Positions 9,470-18,924 of a DNA stretch of 64,000 nucleotides are shown piece by piece. Position numbers and translations under genes: made by a program. The notes under the pieces are model-generated. The model was not told the origin of the DNA. It ran no database searches and was given only the letters and a program-made list of their open reading frames with translations. Origin of the DNA: Acidobacteriota bacterium (GTDB lineage Bacteria > Acidobacteriota > Terriglobia > Terriglobales > Acidobacteriaceae); the NCBI GenBank assembly GCA_003225455.1, contig QIAB01000046.1:9946-73945 (forward strand). The letters run 5' to 3'. Each line of letters opens with the position of its first letter. Positions within the stretch are counted from its first letter, which is position 1.

Positions 9470-10951
9470 ATGCGCGCTTACATCGAGTGGCAGGCCTCGA
9501 TGGGCTACCAGAAGTTTGATCTCAAAAAATCCAACGCGCTGCTGGAAAGCGCCTTCACCGCGACCGGCGAGCTGAGCAGCACCGGCACTTGGAAAACTTG
9601 CTGGACTCAACACGATGAGGCGTGCCGGGTGAAGCACTGGCTCGAAGACAAGATCCTCGAGGAGATGGAAAAGCGCTCCCCGGACCGGGCGCTGGAGTTA
9701 AGTTCGGGACTGGAGCCAGGTTTCCAAACCGCGGTTGAAACGAGGTTGCTGGGCTATTACCTGCAGCAGAAAAATGTGGGCAAAGCCAAGGAAATGCTTG
9801 AACGCATGGCGGGTGACGACGGCTATCCCTACGGCGCAGCGGCTGAGCTGATGCAGGCCATCCCCAAGTCGCGTGCCGCGGAAAGGACAGCTATCTTTTC
9901 CCAGGCTCTCGCTAACTATAGCCAGTTGAACACCGATCTTATGGTGGACGAAGGCGACTTTGGCGGCATGCTGCTGCGCTGCTGGCGCGACCTGCCCCCG
10001 GAGATGGCGCTCGACGCGGTGGATGCGATCCTGGAAAAATCGAAAATCGATTCCGCTGAAAACAAAGAGCCGCTGACCATCAATACCCGGCACCACGGCT
10101 CCATCCGTTTCACTTCGAATTACCAGGTGCGCATCTTCGAGGTATTGCCCTTGCTTCGCGAGCTGGACAGCGCTCGCGCGGATGCCCTGCTGCGCGAGCA
10201 GATCGGCCTTCAGGATCTGGTAAAGCAATATACCGACGGAATGTTTTCGATTGAGCGTGATTTCGGCAAGAACGAACCGTACACCGAGGGGTCACATCGG
10301 GAAATTTTGGATATAGAACCGGGCGTTGATGATGCCGCCGACGATTCCCTGCAGCAGCGATACGCGCACATGCAGGAGACGGTTAAGCGGGAGCCGAAAG
10401 ACGCGTTAGCTATGGCGCTGGCGATGCCGGAGTTCCCAACGGGCGAGGGACCCTTTCATCCGCGGCCGCGCGCGCTGATGGAGGTTGCGCAAGGAACCGT
10501 CAAGAAAAGCCCGGAGATTTGCCGCTCCGCGCTGTGGGAAATGCACAAACTGGTAGGCAGCGATCAGACGCCGGAAATCACGAACCTGCTACTGCAAGCC
10601 GCCGATCTTTACCATCAGATGGGCGACACGGACAACGCAAAAACAACTTTGAAGCAGGCAGCGCGCAGCATTGACCAGCACTACAAGAAAGATTCCGATC
10701 TCGGGGATCCCAACAAGGCTTTCAAGGGAAATTGGCCGTCTACGCAACTTTGGGGAAAATGCCTGCACCTCTCCACCCGGATCGCTCCAGAACTGCAGCA
10801 GCCGATCATGGCCGATATTCCGGATCCGGAGATCCAGACCTTTCTCAAGGTGATGATCGCCAACGCGCTGCTAGGGGCCGAACATCCCAAAATCATCGTG
10901 GCCGAGGAACACAATGATGGTAAGCGCCACTATTTCCATGAAATGCGATAG
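9470..10951 (+). CDS. Hypothetical helical-repeat (TPR-like) protein; may begin at 9288 with a signal peptide if a frameshift near 9445 is repaired
   Basis: 493-aa ORF. Upstream ORF 9288-9575 encodes MRMLRMPALLIVMQLITLALAQ and overlaps in another frame. Confidence 0.55.
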   Translation: MRAYIEWQASMGYQKFDLKKSNALLESAFTATGELSSTGTWKTCWTQHDEACRVKHWLEDKILEEMEKRSPDRALELSSGLEPGFQTAVETRLLGYYLQQKNVGKAKEMLERMAGDDGYPYGAAAELMQAIPKSRAAERTAIFSQALANYSQLNTDLMVDEGDFGGMLLRCWRDLPPEMALDAVDAILEKSKIDSAENKEPLTINTRHHGSIRFTSNYQVRIFEVLPLLRELDSARADALLREQIGLQDLVKQYTDGMFSIERDFGKNEPYTEGSHREILDIEPGVDDAADDSLQQRYAHMQETVKREPKDALAMALAMPEFPTGEGPFHPRPRALMEVAQGTVKKSPEICRSALWEMHKLVGSDQTPEITNLLLQAADLYHQMGDTDNAKTTLKQAARSIDQHYKKDSDLGDPNKAFKGNWPSTQLWGKCLHLSTRIAPELQQPIMADIPDPEIQTFLKVMIANALLGAEHPKIIVAEEHNDGKRHYFHEMR

Positions 10952-11272
10952 GAAGCTGCATTGATGTGAGCGGGGGCGTAGCCCATCTTCGGCGTGCACT
11001 ACAACGAACTTCAAGCGGGCTGGCTGGCGTCGAAACACTCGATGACTGTCGAAATATCGCCATAGCACTCACCATGGGGTCAATGAGTGCTAACGCCGGA
11101 TTTCGACAGTTCTTGTCTAAAATCTTTGGCACCAGGCCTTCTCACAGTAAACTCGGTACTGAAACGTGGAGTTTGAATGGGTGACCTCTTCGATCGTACC
11201 GGCCATCTTATTTCGCTTCTTCTTGCCAAGCGTTCGGGGCACTTCGTTTCTTCAGCACCTCATTCATAGTCT

Positions 11273-12340
11273 CTATTGTGACCGGCGATGCGTAAGTCTT
11301 CGGAAAACAAATTCCTGAAAAATACCGCCAAGCGAACCTTGACCGATCCTGATCAACGCGTTTTGGAACACTAATCCGGCTCCATTGCGATCGTGTGCGG
11401 GAACGTAAAGATTCGAGATACCACCTACCGCAATACTGCCGCCGATGAATGAGTAATTCGGCTGCCAGCGCTTATTATCGCCTTTGCAAATGACGGGGCT
11501 CGCGAGCGCGTACATGATCCGCGATCGTGTCGTGCCGGTTCCCTTGTAGAAATACCGCGGGTCTTGTTTCAGAAGCGATGGCAATATCGCGTTTCCGATG
11601 AAAATACCTGCCAACGCATCACCGTAGCCAGCGGCGTAGCGCTTCGCGTACCCTTGCACTCCTTGCCCGTATTCCGGATAACGATTTCCAGCTTGTTCAA
11701 ATCCCGCATAGACGCCCGCCCCAATAAAGGTGACAGGATCCACAGCTACTTTCCACGCAAGTTCGAATTTCTGCTTCGCGTTGAGCGGGGCTGGGTCAGG
11801 ATCGTACGTGACATAAAAGTTTGGAATGAACCCGAAGACACGTTGTTTCTCTTCTTCCTTAATCTGTTCTTGCGCTACTTCAACCGGAGAGAGTGCGACA
11901 TTCACTTCAGTTCCACCGCCCGAAACCGCGAGCGCAATCAGCGGGACAATATAAAATCCTCCCGGTTGCAGCACTCCGGAAACTTCCCGGGTGTTGAACC
12001 CTTGCGAGGTAATTGTCAGATGAAACGGCCCGGGAGGGACGCGAGTAAAGGAGAATTGCCCGTTGTTACCCGACAGAAGCTCTTGTGCATCGGATTGGCC
12101 ATCGCGGTTAAGTCGTACACGGGCCCCCACACTGACCGCTCCCGATTGATCTTCAACGGTTCCAACGATGGTACCTGGTGATTGCTGATCGGAACCTTGT
12201 TGCACCTGGGCCAGCAGCGATGCTGGATACCCAAAAAGCAGTAGACACAGGGATACCCGGGTCAAACCACCAGCGCAAGAGAGGAACCGACGCTGGAACT
12301 TTTCCGTCCAGCCACTCCTAACAAAGTGATTTTTCGCCAT
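11273..12340 (-). CDS. CarboxypepD_reg-like domain protein, membrane-anchored or secreted
   Basis: Beta-sandwich segment GTIVGTVEDQSGAVSVGARV..FSFTRVPPGPFHLT plus a ~200-aa C-terminal domain. Start moved to ATG 12340. Confidence 0.65.
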   Translation of the reverse strand: MAKNHFVRSGWTEKFQRRFLSCAGGLTRVSLCLLLFGYPASLLAQVQQGSDQQSPGTIVGTVEDQSGAVSVGARVRLNRDGQSDAQELLSGNNGQFSFTRVPPGPFHLTITSQGFNTREVSGVLQPGGFYIVPLIALAVSGGGTEVNVALSPVEVAQEQIKEEEKQRVFGFIPNFYVTYDPDPAPLNAKQKFELAWKVAVDPVTFIGAGVYAGFEQAGNRYPEYGQGVQGYAKRYAAGYGDALAGIFIGNAILPSLLKQDPRYFYKGTGTTRSRIMYALASPVICKGDNKRWQPNYSFIGGSIAVGGISNLYVPAHDRNGAGLVFQNALIRIGQGSLGGIFQEFVFRRLTHRRSQ

Positions 12341-12735
12341 GACACACTTGTACCTCCTCCGTCTCCGTTTTTCTTTTGTTTCGCCATGGCGATATACGGG
12401 ATGAGATGTTTGGTGGGCTGATTGGGATTCAGTTTGGCGCAATGATATTTGTGTGATCAGTCATCTTTAAACCCCAGCGAGTTTGAGGATTCGGATGCGA
12501 GCCTTGCGGGGAGCGTCTTCGGCTACCTAATCGGTGGTTATGTCGTCCATCATCACGCTGCACAAATCGCTGGTTTAGAATTGCCCCTGCTCCCCGTGCC
12601 CGATATGTCGACGCACACTTTCGCGTCCGTGACTTTCCAGCGCGCCTTGCCCGTTCTCCCGCGCTCGCGCCTTTTCGACAGGTAGGTTCCACAACGAACA
12701 GATGAAACAATACCTCCTCCTTTATTCTTCAACTT

Positions 12736-13422
12736 ATGGCAGGTTCTTTGCATCACATTAATATGCGTCGATTAGTCCTTAGTTTTCTGTTTATTTCTTT
12801 ATCTCTTGGGATGGGTGTCGCTCAGGCCCAAGCTCCCCAAGTCGCTATCTCCGCCGGACATTCGCCTTACGGCGAGAAACTCCTTATCGCGGGTGTTCCT
12901 AACGCCGGCCGAATCACGGATCAGCTTTACCGCGGTGGTCAGCCGCGCATTGCGAGCATCGCACAATTGAAAGAGCTTGGCATTACCACGATCGTTGATC
13001 TTCGCGGCGAGGATGTCGGGATGCGCGATCAGGAAAGGAAAGAAGCCGAGTCCCTAGGCATTCATTTTGTCAGTATTCCCATCGGCGGCTGGTCTCCTCC
13101 AACGAGCGATCAGGTAACGCAGTTCCTTTCGCTCTTGGGCGGGCGCTCCAACGAACGCGTTTTCGTCCATTGCCGGCGTGGTGTAGACCGTACTGGCGTT
13201 TTCGTCGCAACCTACCGTATGGCGGCTCAGAAATGGACCATCGAGCAAGCGATGAACGAAATGTACTTTTTTGGCTTCAACGGATTTTGGCATCGCGCCA
13301 TGAGCTCGTACATCCGGAATTTCCCTGCTCTCCTTTCCTCTTCCTCCGCATTTGCCAAGTTGAGCAATTCGAATTCGTCGGCTTCTGCTCCAGTGCCGCT
13401 CGGCGAATATACGAGCAGGTAG
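12736..13422 (+). CDS. Secreted protein-tyrosine/dual-specificity phosphatase family protein
   Basis: Signal peptide and the CX5R P-loop HCRRGVDRTG. Confidence 0.75.
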   Translation: MAGSLHHINMRRLVLSFLFISLSLGMGVAQAQAPQVAISAGHSPYGEKLLIAGVPNAGRITDQLYRGGQPRIASIAQLKELGITTIVDLRGEDVGMRDQERKEAESLGIHFVSIPIGGWSPPTSDQVTQFLSLLGGRSNERVFVHCRRGVDRTGVFVATYRMAAQKWTIEQAMNEMYFFGFNGFWHRAMSSYIRNFPALLSSSSAFAKLSNSNSSASAPVPLGEYTSR

Positions 13423-13613
13423 CGAGTTATTTTTAAATACAGTCGATGGTGCGTACATCTGCGAGACTTCGAGCCCCGCAAGCTGCGGGGCTGAGACGCG
13501 TGCATTGTTGTTGATATATCGCTTTACGATAACGACGCGGGGGATTTTGAGCGCTATCGGCTTTTAACAACAACCATTCTGCTATCGTTCCAAAAAGGGT
13601 CTCGCGGGCCGGA

Positions 13614-14195
13614 TCATCTGGGTCCCGCGCTCGTTCGATCAACGGCATGTGGAACTGAGCAGTTCGTCCTGGATTCTTTCTTATCCTCTACTAATTTTCG
13701 TTTTTCCAATTCTTTTAGCCATCTCTGAAAGGGCTTTAGGTCCTTTTGGTAGGGTCTACGCTCCTCGGAATTCTTAAACGCAAACTTTTGCACCTCGTGT
13801 TCTCGGGGAACGATCACAGAAAGCATGTCCATGCTCTCCAAGTTGCCGGTAACGAAGCCGCCGAGAGTCTTGTATGTATTCTCAGGTATCACGATTGGCC
13901 CCGTATGGATCGCTTGAAACTTGGGGTCGAGAAGGACGGTTCGCAATTGCTTCATGCTTTCCTCTGGCAGCATGTCGGAATACACCCAGGCTCCCCCAGT
14001 TCCTCTAGTGGAGTGGTATTTTTCCAAACGATAGTGACCGTCTGGAAGAACGATAACGCAGACATTGCTCCCGCCATTGGCAGGGTCGGAAACTATAGTT
14101 TCTGCACGCAGCAAGTACGTTGGTTCGGTCAGGCTTTGTGCGCTTGCGAGGTAGAAGCAAAGAGGAAAAACGAGGTGCACCCAAGAGTTCTTCAT
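13614..14195 (-). CDS. Hypothetical secreted protein
   Basis: ORF with signal peptide MKNSWVHLVFPLCFYLASAQS. Start moved to ATG 14195. Confidence 0.5.
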   Translation of the reverse strand: MKNSWVHLVFPLCFYLASAQSLTEPTYLLRAETIVSDPANGGSNVCVIVLPDGHYRLEKYHSTRGTGGAWVYSDMLPEESMKQLRTVLLDPKFQAIHTGPIVIPENTYKTLGGFVTGNLESMDMLSVIVPREHEVQKFAFKNSEERRPYQKDLKPFQRWLKELEKRKLVEDKKESRTNCSVPHAVDRTSAGPR

Positions 14196-14461
14196 GCCGT
14201 GAATTAAAACACGAGGTTCACGGCAGCACGAGCACCAAATTTCTTCGAAACGGGTCCACTGGGTCAATTGTTGAAATCGCCTGATAGCGTCAACTATCCA
14301 GCATTGTGAATGATTCTCCTTCGCAACTTATTGGAATCAGAGATGATGCGAGATGATCTACGTTTTATCTTCTTTTTAGGTTGTGCGTATTGCCATGTTC
14401 GTAGAACTGCGCCAACCTGTGGTGGACGTGCAGCCAGCACGTCTCGTCTGGAGAACGCCTG

Positions 14462-14929
14462 GTGAAACCCAGCCTGATGCTTGTCTCGTTTTTGCTTTTT
14501 GCAGAGATGTCAATCTGTTCGGCACAGGATTTCTCGGTTCGCCTCGTTGACGTACGTAACGGGCGTCCCTTCCCAAACCAAACAGTCACGATTCAGTATA
14601 GGAAGATTGCGGGAGGATTACTGGACTTCGAGACTTTCACAATCAAGGCGGATGCGAACGGAAGCGCAGCCTTTAAGTTGCCCAGCCCCACACCCCCGAA
14701 AGTTTCCATAACCGCGTACGACTTGTACCCGTGCTACGACTTGCAGCCAACCGATACTCAGCAATTGAGGGAATTTGGCCTCGCCACACATTGCTCGAAG
14801 CCGTCTCAGGGTTGCCGCTGCAAATTCAGCAAGCAAGCCAGCCAAACTAAGGCAAGACCGGGGGAGGTCGTACTCCTTGCGCGACCTGTAACCCGTTGGG
14901 AAAAATTTCTGCAGCACATTTGGGAGTAG
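14462..14929 (+). CDS. Hypothetical secreted protein (Cys-containing, beta-sandwich-like)
   Basis: GTG start with signal peptide MKPSLMLVSFLLFAEMSICSAQD. Confidence 0.5.
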   Translation: MKPSLMLVSFLLFAEMSICSAQDFSVRLVDVRNGRPFPNQTVTIQYRKIAGGLLDFETFTIKADANGSAAFKLPSPTPPKVSITAYDLYPCYDLQPTDTQQLREFGLATHCSKPSQGCRCKFSKQASQTKARPGEVVLLARPVTRWEKFLQHIWE

Positions 14930-14969
14930 CCGCTACAACTGTTGTTAAATCGCCTTTGCACTCACTGGG

Positions 14970-15370
14970 CTAGTGCGTCTTCTTCTGGGCGTTCTGGGCG
15001 GGGAGTTCTCCCAAGAATGCTTCCAGAGCCTCTGATGGATCGCCTGATTCCTCAATCTTGTCGTAAAGGTCCCTGAATTTCAGACGCACGCCAGCCAGCA
15101 TCTCTTTATCGGATAGGAGATGCTCGACCAACTTCTGCCAGTTCGGGACGGCACGATGTTCGAGCACCAGTTTAAGAGCAATGTTTTCGACGAATAGGTA
15201 TTCCGTGCGCGGAGGACCGCGGACAGGCGTTTCTTCTCTGCTTTGGTCACGGATGGGATTCGGGAGGCAAACAGTGTAGCGCAAGCGAGGACGAACTCGT
15301 GTGTCGCCCCGCAAAACTCCGGTTGAGCATTACTGTTGCAAAATCGCTGGTTACAATAGCTGGCGAACAT
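14970..15370 (-). pseudogene. Hypothetical protein, apparently frameshifted
   Basis: ORFs 15080-15481 and 14970-15314 each look protein-like only on one side of about 15205-15212: ..SVTKAEKKRLSAVLRA / EYLFVENIALKLVLEHRAVPNWQKL.. Confidence 0.35.
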
Positions 15371-15554
15371 GGAGTGAGTTGTGCGCAGATCCTTTTTTGT
15401 TCGGCATTCAGCCGTTACCGAGCACGATCGCGGCGTCCCCTCTTGGAGATTCGCGGCGCTCGTTTTCGGGATATCGTGCAAAAGCGAAAAAGCTTGCGTT
15501 CTACGGCGAAGGGTAGCAAAATGACCGTCCCGAGTTGCTCGCGGGGGGGTAAAT

Positions 15555-18020
15555 ATGCTGAATGCCGCTTCCAGAGCCGCTTTTGCGGCTACTACAATAG
15601 CCTTCCTCTATTTCTTCTTTCCAGCTACCGTTGCCTCACAGGCGGTGCAACGCAATCCCGTCCAGGTTTCACCGTCACATTTTGATATTTCGCCACCCGT
15701 GCGGGAAATGGCCCCCGGCGAGCGGCCGGGGCCGCCGGCGTTCGTCAACCCGCCGAGAGCATTGCCGCGCCCACGGCACGCTCTGGTGGTGGACCCCGTA
15801 GTTCAGAGCACGCCCTCGACATCGGTGATACCTGCGACCAGCAACAATTTTCCTGGGCTGGGGAATGGATTTTCGGGTTTTTCGGTAACTGGCGCACCAT
15901 CAGATGACAACCTGGCGGTCGGTCCTAACGACGTTGTGCAGGCAGTTAATACATCGTATGCCGTGTTCAGCAAGAGCGGGACCCTGATCTCAGGGCCGAT
16001 ATCATTCGCGACCCTGTTCAACGGGAATAGCGACTGCACTCGCACTTACTACAGCGACCCCATCGCCCTCTACGATCGTCAGGCAGACCGGTGGGTGCTT
16101 TCGATTCTTGGATTCGACAGCACAAGTTCTGGGCCCTACTATCACTGCATTGCGGTTTCGACGAGTGGCGATCCGACGGGCAGTTATGCGCGCTATTCCT
16201 TTAAATCGTCAACCAATCTGCCGGATTACCCGAAGATGGGCGTATGGCCCGACGCCTACTACGTGACTTACAACATGTTCAGCGGGAACACGCTCCTGGG
16301 CGCCCAGGTTTGCGCTCACAATCGCAGTGCCATGCTGGCCGGTCAATCGGAGACTGCGCAGTGTTTCACGACAACTTCCTCGAACGCCGGCTTGCTGCCC
16401 GGCGATGTTGACGGGCAGACAGCCCCTCCGGCAAGCTCGCCGAACTATTTGCTGAGCCTGGCGTCAGTTGCCAATACTCTCAGCCTCTGGACCTTCCACG
16501 TGGACTGGGCCACCCCAGCCAATTCAACCCTCACGGGCCCGACCAATTTGGCCGTCGCAGCATTTAATGAAGCTTGCTCGAATGGTGGAACCTGCATCCC
16601 GCAATCCGGCACGTCCACCAAGTTGGACTCGCTCGGCGACCGTTTGATGTACCGCCTTACGTACCGCAACTTCGGAGACCACGAATCGCTGGTAGCTAAC
16701 CACTCCGTCAACGCCGGTACGCAGACGGGCGTGCGCTGGTATGAAATCCGCAGTCCAGGCTCGAGCCCGGTTGTGTACCAGCAGGGCACGTATGCCCCCG
16801 ACGCGAATCACCGCTGGATGGCGAGCGTCGCGATGGACTCGGCAGGCGACATTGGTGTGGGCTTCAGCGTTTCCAGCAGCACGATTCATCCGGAAATCCA
16901 CTACACCGGCCGTTTGAGCAGCGACCAACTCGGAACCTTGCCACAAGGTGAGGCATCGATTATCGACGGCGCCGGTTCTCAGACTACCTACACCGGTTTC
17001 TGTTTTCCCTCCTTTCAATGCCCTCTGACGCGCTGGGGCGATTACACCGCAATGCAAGTTGACCCCAGCGACGACTGCACATTCTGGTACACCAATCAAT
17101 ACATCCCGTCTAACGGCTCGTTCAACTGGAGCACGCGCCTTGCGACGTTCAAGTTTTCAAACTGCGGCGCAAATCTGGTTGCTAGCACTACCACATTGTC
17201 GGCGAATCCTGCCGGCTCGTCGACCTACGGAACGGCCGTTCAGTTGACGGCGAATGTTAGCGGGAGCGGCGGCACGCCGACCGGATCGGTTACGTTTAGC
17301 GACAGCACCTCCACCCTGGGAACGGCGGCACTCAATAGCGGGACAGCGGTGCTCTCGACCTCGGCAATGGCTGCGGGTTCTCATTCGATCACTGCGTCCT
17401 ACGGTGGAGATTCCAGCTACGCCGGAAGCACCTCGTCAGCGCTCTCATACCTGGTAAACCAGGCAGGGACATCCGCCTCAGTGTCGTCGAGTTCACCAAC
17501 GTCGAACCAGGGACAGTCGGTCACCTTCACGGCAACCGTTACCCCAAATACTTCCTTCGCCGACAGCACGACCAACCTGGGGACCGCCAGCCTGAGCAAT
17601 GGCCAGGCGAAGTTGTCTACCTCGACACTTTCCGCCGGGAATCACACCATTACTGCACAGTACGGCGGGGATTCCAATTTCACCGGCAGTACCTCGGCGG
17701 GCATTTCGCAGGTGGTTAACGCCGTACCGGCAGACTTCACCATTTCTGCGTCTCCAAGCAGTGTATCTGTGAAGCACGCCAAGACCGCCAGCTACACCGT
17801 AACCATCACGCCGAGCGGCGGCTTTACAGGGACCGTGCAATTGAGCGGAAGCTGGGCAGGACCGAATCCAACGTTCTCGCCTGCATCGGTCGCGGGCTCG
17901 GGTTCTTCGACGATGAAAGTTTCTACGACCGGTGTAGCGACTGGCACATACACCGTTACGATTACCGGGACGAGCGGTAGCCTCGTGCATTCGACCCAGG
18001 TCACGTTACAGATTCGCTAG
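15555..18020 (+). CDS. Large secreted protein: propeller-like N-terminal domain plus C-terminal bacterial Ig-like repeats
   Basis: 821 aa with a signal peptide. The N-terminal domain ends in RWGDYTAMQVDP. Repeats of the form ..GSVTFSDSTSTLGTAALNSGTAVLSTSAMAAGSHSITASYGGDSSYAGS.. follow. Confidence 0.7.
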   Translation: MLNAASRAAFAATTIAFLYFFFPATVASQAVQRNPVQVSPSHFDISPPVREMAPGERPGPPAFVNPPRALPRPRHALVVDPVVQSTPSTSVIPATSNNFPGLGNGFSGFSVTGAPSDDNLAVGPNDVVQAVNTSYAVFSKSGTLISGPISFATLFNGNSDCTRTYYSDPIALYDRQADRWVLSILGFDSTSSGPYYHCIAVSTSGDPTGSYARYSFKSSTNLPDYPKMGVWPDAYYVTYNMFSGNTLLGAQVCAHNRSAMLAGQSETAQCFTTTSSNAGLLPGDVDGQTAPPASSPNYLLSLASVANTLSLWTFHVDWATPANSTLTGPTNLAVAAFNEACSNGGTCIPQSGTSTKLDSLGDRLMYRLTYRNFGDHESLVANHSVNAGTQTGVRWYEIRSPGSSPVVYQQGTYAPDANHRWMASVAMDSAGDIGVGFSVSSSTIHPEIHYTGRLSSDQLGTLPQGEASIIDGAGSQTTYTGFCFPSFQCPLTRWGDYTAMQVDPSDDCTFWYTNQYIPSNGSFNWSTRLATFKFSNCGANLVASTTTLSANPAGSSTYGTAVQLTANVSGSGGTPTGSVTFSDSTSTLGTAALNSGTAVLSTSAMAAGSHSITASYGGDSSYAGSTSSALSYLVNQAGTSASVSSSSPTSNQGQSVTFTATVTPNTSFADSTTNLGTASLSNGQAKLSTSTLSAGNHTITAQYGGDSNFTGSTSAGISQVVNAVPADFTISASPSSVSVKHAKTASYTVTITPSGGFTGTVQLSGSWAGPNPTFSPASVAGSGSSTMKVSTTGVATGTYTVTITGTSGSLVHSTQVTLQIR

Positions 18021-18180
18021 CGGAGGGTCAGGCAGTTTACATCAGATAGTTCTGGAAAAGCACGACGGTCGTCGGCCGAATCTCCTCGCCTACCGCAATC
18101 TGTCCGTGGTTTTTTTTCTGGACTGGGCTATCGCGCGAAGGCTTACAGCCAGCGCGATTGTTGTGAAATCGCGATTACGC

Positions 18181-18771
18181 TCATTTGCCCTGGATCACGT
18201 TTGGATTGGCCCCCGATCCGAGTTCCATGAGACTCGACCAGTCTTCGCGCTTGATGTCCCACGTTTCAGTCACGCGCCATGTTTTTCCCGTCTCCAACGC
18301 GGCATACCACGGCCAGTATGAGTCACCTACTGAAACGTAGGCCATTACCGCGCCTCGCCCAGTCGCCTTAGAATCACCGCTGTACCAGACCAGGGTCGCC
18401 CGTGGTTCATCAGCAGCAGCCTTACGGCGCAGAGCAAGCCTGCTCGGGATGCGTTTGTGGATAGGCTCGCCACAGTCGATTTCTTCGTAGGAGGGAGCGG
18501 CAAATCTCCTTTGTGACACAACCCTGTTAGGTACGAAGGGGGGAATCCTGATGTCGTCTGCGGGCTTATCGTAGGGTTTGTTCCAAGAACCCAAGGCTCC
18601 CATGAACTTGCCGGAAAAGCCCAGCCATTTCGAACCAAAAAAGTTATCGATCTTGATCAAGAAAATAGCTTCAGGTGCATGGCGGCGAATAATCCCGTTC
18701 ACCGCCTGCTCGACCTTTGTGACGAAATCCGAGGCGTCATCGAACTCAGGCGTGATCTTCATCCCTACCAA
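18181..18771 (-). CDS. Hypothetical cytoplasmic protein (multi-copy family suggested by a flanking remnant)
   Basis: 196-aa ORF. A ~30-nt sequence spanning its stop codon recurs at 18800-18830. Confidence 0.5.
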   Translation of the reverse strand: MVGMKITPEFDDASDFVTKVEQAVNGIIRRHAPEAIFLIKIDNFFGSKWLGFSGKFMGALGSWNKPYDKPADDIRIPPFVPNRVVSQRRFAAPSYEEIDCGEPIHKRIPSRLALRRKAAADEPRATLVWYSGDSKATGRGAVMAYVSVGDSYWPWYAALETGKTWRVTETWDIKREDWSSLMELGSGANPNVIQGK

Positions 18772-18924
18772 GTATATTCACTGATTTAAGGTAACTATTG
18801 AAATATCGCGATTGCGCTCATTTCCCCTTTATGAAATGAGTTGCAGGCTCTTCCACACCGCTCGCGCGTTTGACGAAGTCTCGCGGTTTTAAGTAACATC
18901 GTTTTTCTTCAAGGACCCCAGGGG

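Noticed and set aside
10952-11272. Short minus-strand ORF fragments (MNEVLKKRSAPNAWQEEAK, MAGTIEEVTHSNSTFQYRVY.., MPKILDKNCRNPALALIDP..) as a possible IS or transposase remnant.
   Set aside because: I found no recognisable transposase motif and no inverted repeats. The fragments lie in different frames and are too short to assign.
18100-18120. The T8 run after the 821-aa gene as a rho-independent terminator.
   Set aside because: No convincing GC-rich stem lies immediately upstream of the T tract.
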